In this document: piece by piece, positions 51,701-59,969 of the stretch
How positions within the stretch are numbered: the stretch's first letter is position 1
Layout: each line of letters begins with the position of its first letter
Origin: Acidobacteriota bacterium
GTDB lineage: Bacteria > Acidobacteriota > UBA890 > WLXD01
Assembly: GCA_965205505.1 (NCBI GenBank)
Contig: CBDBHB010000009.1
Location: 1,952,001-2,016,000 of the forward strand
Length of the DNA: 64,000 nucleotides
Reading direction: 5' to 3'
Made by a program: the position numbers and the translations under genes
Notes under the pieces: generated by a model
Seen by the model: only the letters and a program-made list of their open reading frames with translations
Database searches by the model: none
What the model was told of the DNA's origin: nothing

Positions 51701-51726
51701 CAGCACCGAGTTACTGAGATAAGACG

Positions 51727-51751
51727 TGGTACTAACCGTGGGGTCAGGTCA
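51727..51751 (+). mobile_element. Second IS3-type right inverted repeat
   Basis: TGGTACTAACCGTGGGGTCAGGTCA aligns ungapped with TGGTACTGATTTCGGGGTGGGGTCA at 51676-51700. Confidence 0.65.
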
Positions 51752-52759
51752 GTAGGTACCGTCGTCGCGCAAGATGCGGTTGTCGATCTCGGGCGGGGTG
51801 GTGGCGTCGGCGGCGAAGGTTGCTGCTGGCTGTGCGAACTCCGCACCACCGGGTTCTACAATCAGGCTCGCTGGCACGTCTCCGCGGGCGGCGATCTCGG
51901 TGCGGGCTGTCGGCACCCAATCGTAGAACGGGTAGGGTTTGTCGAGCCGTGGGCCGTACTGCTGGATGCGGCGGCGCCAGATGTAGTTGTTCGGATCGAC
52001 CGCTAGCGCAGCCTCCCAGTAGTGCACGGCGCGCTGGAAGTCACCGGGGTGCGGCGCGGTCGAGTCGTACCGCCGACGAAATGCCACGCCGGTGCGGAAC
52101 AGCCCGTAGCCATGCTCCGGATTGGCGCTGGCGGCAGTCTTGAACGCGTCGACGATGGCGTCGATCTGGGTGTTGTCACCCCAGCGGTACAGATCGTGGG
52201 CCCGCTGACGATGCAGGTCGAGTGGTGCCGTCGACGTCGACGCCGTGTTGTCTGGTGGCTTGAACTGCACATCCACGAACGTACGCCGTAGCTCTTCCGG
52301 ACGATCCAGCGGCGGATGGATCTGCCGGATGATGCCATGCTCGTCGATCGCGAAGGTCAGGGGAACGACCTGGATCTCGAGCAGGTCGAGAGAGTCGACC
52401 AGCACCGGCCAATCCATTTCCTTCCATTGCATGAACAGGCGCGCTCGGTCCGGATGCTGTTCCTGAACGATGCCGAGCATCTGCACGTCGCCGGCCGCCT
52501 GCCATGCCTTCGTCGCTTCGTGCCACCCGGGCACGTGCACGCGGCAGCCTGCTCACCATGAGGCGAACACATGCAAGATCAGCTTGTGGCCACGAAAGTC
52601 GGCAACACTGCGGCGATTGCCGTCCAGGTCGGGCAGCGCGATGTTCGGGAAGGGGTGACCGATCTGCAAGCCGCCCTCGTCTTGCTGCGCATAACCGCTG
52701 GCCGGCAACAGTGCTAAGAGCATCACCAGAATCTCGAGCGTCACGGTGCGCACCGTCAT
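51749..52759 (-). CDS. Exported selenoprotein: AhpC/TSA-TlpA-like redoxin with UxxC motif plus TPR-like region (336 aa, Sec69), probably 3'-truncated
   Basis: ORFs 52553..52759 and 51749..52540 are in one frame, separated only by TGA at 52553-52555: HVFASW-U-AGC-RVHVPGW; signal peptide; downstream hairpin. Confidence 0.85.
52519..52535 (-). promoter_or_regulatory. Candidate bacterial SECIS hairpin
   Basis: CGUGCC-CGGGU-GGCACG; stem starts after 17 nt and loop after 23 nt downstream of the UGA; G at loop position 2. Confidence 0.7.
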
Positions 52760-52912
52760 CGAATTGTTCGCTCCAGCGTTGCGCCGCCTGGCAGGGCCTG
52801 CGACTGGCGGCCGATCACCTGGTCACGCAGTCTACCGTGGTTGCGCTTGAATACACTAACGGGGTGGCCTGGCTAAGCGCCTGTCGACTTACTCTCCCTG
52901 CGGAAGCGCTCG

Positions 52913-54268
52913 ATGACGAGAAGCGGATGGTTCGGTTGGCCTCGGAGACTCGGCGGCATCCTTGCCGCCTTGCTGGTCGCGGCAGCGGCGGCTGAATCGC
53001 CGACCGATGCTGGGCAGGGCGTCGATGTCGCCTCGGAGATCTGGCAGGGCGACTTGGTCCACCGCCTGGCCGTCGCGGATCGCCTGGCCGAGTCGGGTTC
53101 TTTTGACGAGATCTTCGCCGCGCTCGAGGCCGGCCCACGCTACCGGAGCCAGGTTGCCCTGGGCCGAGTGCAGGGGAGTCACCGCGTTGGCGGCCTCGAG
53201 CACCCCTACTTGGTGCTGGTGCCGGATGGTTACGACCCCGAGTCGCGCTACCCGGCACGTGTCTATCTGCACGGCGGTGTTGCGCGACGCGAGCTGCCGA
53301 CCAACGGTGACTGGTGGCGTGACCCAGACCGCCTGGCGAGCGACTACCACATTGCCGTGTTTCCCGCCGCTTGGGACGAGTCCAAGTGGTGGCAAGAAAG
53401 CCAGCGTGCCGCCCTTGCGGGAGTGCTGGAGCGTTTGAAGCTGATCTACAACGTCGACGAGAACCGCGTGCACGTGCTGGGAGTGTCGGACGGCGCCACC
53501 GGTGCCTGGTATCTGGCCTTTCGCGACCCGACACCGTGGGCCGGCTTTGTGCCAATGATCGGCCACCCGGCGGTACTAGCCAGCCCACGGGTAGATGTGG
53601 ACGGCCAGATGCACGTAGTGAACCTCCGCGGCCGTTCATTTCTGGTGTTCAACGGCGAGACGGACGCACTCTACCCGGCGCGCAGCGTCCGTCCTTACAT
53701 CGAGCTGTTTCGCGATGCGGAGGTGGCGGTGGAGTTCATCGAGATCGCTGGCGAAGGGCACACGGTGAGGTGGTGGCCCGAACATGCCGAGCGTATCGAC
53801 GCTTTCGTGGCGTCGACGCCGCGCGATCCGTTGCCGAGCCGCGTCAGCTGGGAAACCGACGACGTCGGCAGCTTCAATCGCCTGCATTGGCTGGTAATCG
53901 ATGAGCTGGGCCCCGCCGCAGGCGACGCCGAATTGCCCGACATCGAGCGCCACTTGCCGGGTGCGACCGGTCTCCTGGTCGGCTTTCCGCGGCATGCGCC
54001 GAGCGGTCGCGTCGAAGTGACAGCTGAGGGCAACGAAATCGAGATCCGCTCGCGCGGCGTGCGTCGTCTGCGCCTGCTGCTGTCACCACGCCAGTTCAAC
54101 TTGTCGCGGCCGCTGCGTGTTTTGGTCAATGGGGTGGAGCGACACCTCGGCGTCGTGACTCCAGACCGCGGCACGCTGTTGCGCTGGGCGGCCCGTGATC
54201 TAGACCGTTCGATGCTCTTCGCCGCGGAGCTGGAGATCCGGATTCCCGCTGCCAGCGGTCCGTGGTGA
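52913..54268 (+). CDS. Secreted alpha/beta hydrolase (PHB-depolymerase/esterase-like)
   Basis: Signal peptide, VPDGYDP, YLHGG, VDENRV..GVSDG nucleophile elbow, NGETD, GEGH. Confidence 0.8.
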   Translation: MTRSGWFGWPRRLGGILAALLVAAAAAESPTDAGQGVDVASEIWQGDLVHRLAVADRLAESGSFDEIFAALEAGPRYRSQVALGRVQGSHRVGGLEHPYLVLVPDGYDPESRYPARVYLHGGVARRELPTNGDWWRDPDRLASDYHIAVFPAAWDESKWWQESQRAALAGVLERLKLIYNVDENRVHVLGVSDGATGAWYLAFRDPTPWAGFVPMIGHPAVLASPRVDVDGQMHVVNLRGRSFLVFNGETDALYPARSVRPYIELFRDAEVAVEFIEIAGEGHTVRWWPEHAERIDAFVASTPRDPLPSRVSWETDDVGSFNRLHWLVIDELGPAAGDAELPDIERHLPGATGLLVGFPRHAPSGRVEVTAEGNEIEIRSRGVRRLRLLLSPRQFNLSRPLRVLVNGVERHLGVVTPDRGTLLRWAARDLDRSMLFAAELEIRIPAASGPW

Positions 54269-54438
54269 CGCTCTCCGCGTGTCCGTTGTCCGGTTCCTGT
54301 AGTCTGGCCAGGGTTGACTGCTGATTTCTACGCCATCCTCGTCGCGCCCTGAGCTTGCCCCCATCTCGACCTAGCAACATGCAACGAACCTCTGTTACAG
54401 GACACTAGTGCGAAGGCACCTCAGATAGAGAAGCAAGC

Positions 54439-55518
54439 ATGCCGCTGGTCGCCCATTCTCAGCTGCCGAGTTTTGATCGGTTGCGAGCGCGAGGACAGGA
54501 GGTTCTCAGCCTCGAGCGGGCGCTGTCCCAAGACATACGGGAGCTTCATGTTGGTCTGTTGAACATGATGCCCGATGCCGCTCTGAGGATCACCGAGCAG
54601 CAGTACATGCGGCTCATCGGTAGCTGCAATAAGATTGCGCAGTTCTACGTCTATCCCTTCTCGGTTTCTGGTTTGCCGCGTAGCGCCGAGGCCGAGGCCT
54701 ACATAGATAGTCACTACGCCAGCTTCGACAAGCTACGCGACGCGGGCCTCGATGCCCTCATTATCTCGGGGGCCAACGTCACCAATCCTTCGATTCAACT
54801 GGAGCCGTTCTGGGAACCGTTGAAGGACGTCATAGCTTGGGCCGCGGAGAACGTGACCAGCGTGCTGTGTTCATGCTTGTCTACCCATGCACTGGTCAAA
54901 CATCTGTACCAGATCGACCGCCATCGGTTGCCGTGCAAACGTTGGGGGGTGTACAGCCATCAAGTGCTGGATAGACATCATCCGCTCATGCAAGACATCA
55001 ACACCCGCTTTGATGTGCCCCACTCTCGCTGGAACGAGGTGCGGCGCGACGAGCTGGAAGCGGCGGGTCTGAAGACCCTGGTGCAAAGCGAGGTAGCAGG
55101 GGTGCACATGGCAGCCAGCCCGGACCAATTTCGCATTGTCTACATGCAGGGGCATCCCGAGTACGATTCCAACAGTCTGCTCAAGGAATACAAGCGTGAG
55201 GTACTGCGATTCCTCAACGACGAGATCGACGGTCCGCCTCCATATCCGGAGAACTACTTCAACGCCGCCGCCATCGATATTGCCGAGGCCTATCTGCACG
55301 CCGCGAGGCAAGCCAAGAGCACCGGGAACGCCGTTCCCGAGTTTCCGGAGGCGGAGCTTGCGCCCCATTTAGACAACACCTGGAACGACACCGGCAAAGC
55401 CATTTTCAACAACTGGCTCGGACTTGTATACCAGTACACCGACCACGACCGTCATCGGCCGTTCGCCTCGGGGGTAGACCCGGAGGACCCGCTCGGCCTT
55501 GGGCACCGGTCCCGTTGA
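54439..55518 (+). CDS. metA: Homoserine O-acyltransferase (MetA)
   Basis: IRELHVGLLNMMPD, LDALIISGAN, CSC (catalytic Cys), PHSRWN, QGHPEY. Confidence 0.92.
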   Translation: MPLVAHSQLPSFDRLRARGQEVLSLERALSQDIRELHVGLLNMMPDAALRITEQQYMRLIGSCNKIAQFYVYPFSVSGLPRSAEAEAYIDSHYASFDKLRDAGLDALIISGANVTNPSIQLEPFWEPLKDVIAWAAENVTSVLCSCLSTHALVKHLYQIDRHRLPCKRWGVYSHQVLDRHHPLMQDINTRFDVPHSRWNEVRRDELEAAGLKTLVQSEVAGVHMAASPDQFRIVYMQGHPEYDSNSLLKEYKREVLRFLNDEIDGPPPYPENYFNAAAIDIAEAYLHAARQAKSTGNAVPEFPEAELAPHLDNTWNDTGKAIFNNWLGLVYQYTDHDRHRPFASGVDPEDPLGLGHRSR

Positions 55519-55588
55519 CTCGCCAATCCAGGCACGATTTCGCTATCGGCGACGATACGGACACCCGATAAGGGAGAGGAAGATTCAT

Positions 55589-56860
55589 ATGAAGGACGAA
55601 ACGCTGGCCATACACGCCGGTTATACAACCGACCCGACAACCAAAGCAGTGGCGGTGCCGATCTATCAAACCGTGGCCTACGAGTTCGACAATGCGCAGC
55701 ACGGGGCCGATCTCTTCAATCTCGCCGTCCCGGGCAACATCTACACCCGCATCATGAATCCCACGGCAGACGTGCTCGAACAACGCGTTGCGGCACTGGA
55801 GGGCGGCGTCGCGGGTTTGGCCTTGAGCTCCGGTCAGGCTGCTGTCAACTATTCGATTCTCAACATTGCCGAAGTCGGTAACAACGTGGTCTCCGTGCCT
55901 CTGCTCTACGGCGGTAGCTACACGCTATTTGCCCATATGTTGCCCAAGCAAGGCATCGAGGTGCGCTTTGCGGAAGACGATAACTCCGCCAATCTGGAAA
56001 AGCTGATCGACGACAAGACGGTTGCGGTTTTTGCGGAGACCATCGGTAATCCCGCTGGCAATATTGCCGACATCGAAGCGATCTCGATGATGGCGCATGA
56101 ACACGGTATCCCCGTCATCGTCGACAACACGGTGGCTCCGCCGCCGCTGCTCAAGCCGATCGACTACGGCGTCGACATTGTGGTGCACTCGCTGACCAAA
56201 TACATGGGCGGACACGGCAACTCGCTTGGCGGCATGATCGTGGATAGTGGGAACTTTCCGTGGGCCGACAATGCCGACAAGTTCCCGGGCCTCACCCAGC
56301 CTGAGCCCTCCTACCACGGTGTGGTCTACACCGATGCGCTAGGCCCGGCTGCGTATATCGGACGGGCGCGAACCGTGCCGCTGCGCAATACTGGCTCGGC
56401 CATCAGCCCGCTCAACGCGTTCCTGATCTTGCAGGGCATCGAGACGCTGCCGCTACGTATGGAGCGGCATGTTGACAATGCGCTGGCGGTAGCGAAGTTT
56501 CTGCAAGGACACGCCAAGGTGGATTGGGTGCACTATGCGGGATTGCCGGACTCGAAGTATTACGACCTGGCAAAGAAGTACACCAACGGCCGTCCATCCG
56601 CCCTGTTGAGCTTCGGGGCCAAGGGGGGATTCGACGCCGGGGTGAAATTCTACGACGCGCTCGAGTTGTTCAAACGGCTGGTGAACATCGGCGATGCCAA
56701 ATCACTCGCCGCCCACCCGGCGTCTACCACCCACCGGCAGCTGAGCGAAACCGAGCTGACGGCCGCGGGCGTGACCCCGGACATGATCCGGCTGTGCGTG
56801 GGGATCGAGCATATCGACGATATTCTCAGCGACCTGGATCAAGCCCTGTCTGTGTCATAG
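55589..56860 (+). CDS. metY: O-acetylhomoserine sulfhydrylase (aminocarboxypropyltransferase)
   Basis: PIYQT, NIYTRIMNPT, SSGQAA, HSLTKY, LVNIGDAKSL, HPASTTHRQL. Confidence 0.93.
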   Translation: MKDETLAIHAGYTTDPTTKAVAVPIYQTVAYEFDNAQHGADLFNLAVPGNIYTRIMNPTADVLEQRVAALEGGVAGLALSSGQAAVNYSILNIAEVGNNVVSVPLLYGGSYTLFAHMLPKQGIEVRFAEDDNSANLEKLIDDKTVAVFAETIGNPAGNIADIEAISMMAHEHGIPVIVDNTVAPPPLLKPIDYGVDIVVHSLTKYMGGHGNSLGGMIVDSGNFPWADNADKFPGLTQPEPSYHGVVYTDALGPAAYIGRARTVPLRNTGSAISPLNAFLILQGIETLPLRMERHVDNALAVAKFLQGHAKVDWVHYAGLPDSKYYDLAKKYTNGRPSALLSFGAKGGFDAGVKFYDALELFKRLVNIGDAKSLAAHPASTTHRQLSETELTAAGVTPDMIRLCVGIEHIDDILSDLDQALSVS

Positions 56861-56939
56861 CGTTGTGCCGCGGATGGCGGTCCAGTGACGTCGATCCGTG
56901 GCGCACGTTGAGCTCCACTGCTGACTTGGAAGGTGAGAC

Positions 56940-58412
56940 ATGAAGACGGGAGGGGTGCGCGCGTCCAACATTGCGGGCCTGGTCGTGCTGGTGGTTGCGA
57001 CGGTATCGGGGGTGGATCCGGCGGCTGGACAGTGGGCTCAGGCGCCGCCTCGTGAGGTCGTGATCACCGGCGGCTGGCTGTTCGACGGTATCGGCGATGC
57101 GCGCGTCCGCAACACCGGGATCGTCATCCGGGACGGCAAGTTCATCGAGGTCGGCGCCGACCTCAACGGCCGCTATTTCCCGGCGGCACGGGTGATCGAG
57201 CTCGACGACGGTGCCACCATCTTGCCGGGGATGATCGATCTGCACGCGCACCACAACATGAACATGGTGGGGGTAGGGCGTGCCGAGGAGGTCACCTACA
57301 ACTCGATCATCTTTTTGGCAAACGGTGTGACCGCCACCTGGTCGGCGGGGGAATTCTTTCCCGAGCGCGTCATCGAGGCGCGCGACCGGATTGATCGTGG
57401 CGAAGCGATCGGGGCACGCGTATTCGCGTCCGGGCCGTACTTCGGTGCGTTCCGATGCGAGTACCAAATCCAGACAGCCGAAGATGACTGCCCGGCGTGG
57501 CCGAACGACATCACCGAGCCGGAGATCCGTGCCGAAGTGGACTATTGGGCGCAGCGAGGAGTCACGAGCATCAAGATCAAACAGTCGACTCCGGACGAGA
57601 TGCGCATCCTGATCGACCAGGCGCATCGTCGCGGCATGACGACTACGAGCCATCTCGGCAACTACGCCGGGAGCTACGACGTCGAGCCCGAGGACGCCAT
57701 TGCCATGGGGCTCGACCGAGTCGAGCACTGGATCACGCGCGGACGAGACTCCGATCCGGCCGAACTGGAACGCCTGATCGATCTGTTCTTGGAAGAGCAG
57801 GTCTACTTCGATGCCAACTTGCAGATGTTCGGTGGCAATATGGCCAATCATACGAAGCTGGACATGGTGTGGGTCGACGAGTTCAAGTTCTTCACGCCGT
57901 ATGCGCAGAAACGGATCAGGGAGCGTCTGGCTTCCACCGTCGCGCCGGAAGGCGACTACGTAGAGTCGGCGAGCTTTCGCCAGCGGATGGCCGAGGTTGG
58001 AGCGTTCTTCGAATCGGGTGGCGCCGATCTGATCATCGTCGGCACCGACGAGCCCACTTCAGGGCCCTGGCTCCCAGGCTTCGCCTATCAGCGCGAGTTG
58101 ATGGTCATGGCCTATGCCGGGCTGCCACCGGCGGCGGTGCTGAAGGCCGCCACGATCAACGGCGCTCGGGCGCTGGGGGTCGTGGATCGCCTCGGCTCGA
58201 TCGAGCCTGGCAAGCTCGCGGATCTTTATGTCGCCGAGGGCAACCCGCTAGAGGACATCTCGACCGCTCGCAACGTCCGCCTGGTGATCAAGGCAGGGGT
58301 GGTGTATGACCCGGCGGCGTTGCTGAGGTCAGCCGAGGGGATGATCGGGCCATCCGGGCCCGACGATCACGATGCCTGGGAACTGAAGATTCGACCGCTC
58401 ACCAGACAGTAG
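56940..58412 (+). CDS. Secreted amidohydrolase (imidazolonepropionase-like)
   Basis: Signal peptide, PGMIDLHAH, VEH, GTD, AATINGA, GSIEPGKLADL. Confidence 0.88.
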   Translation: MKTGGVRASNIAGLVVLVVATVSGVDPAAGQWAQAPPREVVITGGWLFDGIGDARVRNTGIVIRDGKFIEVGADLNGRYFPAARVIELDDGATILPGMIDLHAHHNMNMVGVGRAEEVTYNSIIFLANGVTATWSAGEFFPERVIEARDRIDRGEAIGARVFASGPYFGAFRCEYQIQTAEDDCPAWPNDITEPEIRAEVDYWAQRGVTSIKIKQSTPDEMRILIDQAHRRGMTTTSHLGNYAGSYDVEPEDAIAMGLDRVEHWITRGRDSDPAELERLIDLFLEEQVYFDANLQMFGGNMANHTKLDMVWVDEFKFFTPYAQKRIRERLASTVAPEGDYVESASFRQRMAEVGAFFESGGADLIIVGTDEPTSGPWLPGFAYQRELMVMAYAGLPPAAVLKAATINGARALGVVDRLGSIEPGKLADLYVAEGNPLEDISTARNVRLVIKAGVVYDPAALLRSAEGMIGPSGPDDHDAWELKIRPLTRQ

Positions 58413-58429
58413 GTCAGGAGGAGGGTCTG

Positions 58430-59401
58430 CTAGCCTCGGTCCGGCATCTCCATGCCGCGCGCGCCGCCTTGCCAAGCGCGGACGCACAGGTATTCGAGGG
58501 CAATCGCCGCCCCCGCGAGTGACGTGATTTGGGCATGATCGTACGGCGGCGAGACCTCGACGAGGTCCATGCCGACATAGTCGATCTCCGTCAGCTTTCG
58601 CAGGATAGACAACGCCTGATGCGTGGTCAGGCCGCCAGGTACAGGAGTGCCGGTGCCGGGCGCGAAGGCCGGATCGAGGCAGTCGATGTCAAAGGTCAGA
58701 TATGCCTTGCGATCGCCGACCGTGCGCCGGATCTCCGCGGCGATCTGCTCGGCCGAGGAAGCGTGGACCTCGTCGACGTACACGACCCGCATGCCGAATG
58801 CTCGCTCGCCTGTGTAGTTGGTGCGGATGCCGATCTGAACCGACCCTTCCGGATCGATGACGCCGTCCTCAATAGCCTGGCCAAACATGGTTCCGTGGTC
58901 GATGCGGCCGTGGCCGCCGGGTTCGACGTCTCGGTGCGCATCGAACTGAATCAGCGATAGCGGTCCATATACCTCGGCGTAGGCTCGTAGGATCGGATAG
59001 GTGACGTAGTGATCGCCGCCGATCGCCAACGACGATGCACCGCCGGTGATGATTTCGGCGATGTGTGTCTCGATCGCCCCCGGCGCCCCCGTCAGGCTAC
59101 CGTAGTCGAGTATGCAATCCCCGTAGTCGGTGACCGCCAAGGTATCGAACGGGTCGAACATCCATGGCCATTGGGGCCCCCAGGCGTAGTTCGCCGCCGC
59201 TTGCCTCACCCCCTGAGGCCCGAGGCGCGTGCCGGGGCGGTTGCTGGTCGCCTGGTCGAATGGGATGCCGGTGACCGCGATGTCGACCCCGGCCAGGTCA
59301 CGAGTGTACTTGCGCCGCATGAACGACAGCGCGCCGGCGTACGTCGACTCGATTTCGCTGCCCTTGAGACGTTCGCGCCGAAACGCGGCGTCGCCCGTCA
59401 C
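58430..59401 (-). CDS. speB: Agmatinase (ureohydrolase)
   Basis: GIPFD..RPGTRLGP, GGDH, QFDAHRD, TFDIDCLDPAFAPGTGTP, DLVEVSP; GTG start overlaps the upstream TGA. Confidence 0.9.
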   Translation of the reverse strand: MTGDAAFRRERLKGSEIESTYAGALSFMRRKYTRDLAGVDIAVTGIPFDQATSNRPGTRLGPQGVRQAAANYAWGPQWPWMFDPFDTLAVTDYGDCILDYGSLTGAPGAIETHIAEIITGGASSLAIGGDHYVTYPILRAYAEVYGPLSLIQFDAHRDVEPGGHGRIDHGTMFGQAIEDGVIDPEGSVQIGIRTNYTGERAFGMRVVYVDEVHASSAEQIAAEIRRTVGDRKAYLTFDIDCLDPAFAPGTGTPVPGGLTTHQALSILRKLTEIDYVGMDLVEVSPPYDHAQITSLAGAAIALEYLCVRAWQGGARGMEMPDRG

Positions 59402-59947
59402 TTGAGTTGCACGAGCTGCTCCGGATCTACCCGTACCACCAGGTAGGTAATGTCCGTCTGCAGCTCGCTGAACCCGTGCGGTACACCGGCCGGGATGATG
59501 ACCATGTCGCCGGCCGTGACCTGCCGGCTTTCGCCGCCTTGAATCCCGCTGCCGTAGGAGCTCGGGCCGGTCAGCTGCTTGACGACGTCGCCGTCGGGGG
59601 GGGAGACGCCGGCTGTCGATCAGCTCGCCACCCGTTATCAGCGTCCCCGAGCCCGCCAGGACCCGGTAGATCTCGGTTTGCTTGTCGTGCTCGATCGCAC
59701 CGCCGGGCGCCGACGCGGGCCGCTGCACGACGCCGATACCGACGTTGTACCCACCCGCGTCCACCATGCGGAACTGCACATCGCTAACGCGATCTTCTGG
59801 AGCCGCGTCGATCACAGCTCGAATTTCGGCATGGGTTACCACCGTGGCGGAAGCGACATCGGCGCCGCTCTGCGGGAGTGTGCCCGCGTTCGCGCTAGCT
59901 AGCTGGAGCGCGATGACGATTCCCAGGCCGGCGATCGTGTTGCTCAT
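59398..59947 (-). CDS. Secreted cupin-domain protein, frameshifted at the G8 run 59596-59603
   Basis: MSNTIAGLG signal, IEHDKQTEIYRVLAGSG, then in the shifted frame GDMVIIPAGVPHGF...VRVDPEQLVQLK*. Confidence 0.8.
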
Positions 59948-59969
59948 GAAACCCTCCGTTGGCAGGCAC

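Noticed and set aside
54269-54438. SAM/SAH riboswitch upstream of metA
   Set aside because: No recognisable SAM-I, SAM-II or SAH core motifs; only a short GTGC-GAAG-GCAC hairpin
55530-55546. Sigma-54 promoter (GGCACG...GC) before metY
   Set aside because: GG-to-GC spacing is one base short of the strict -24/-12 requirement
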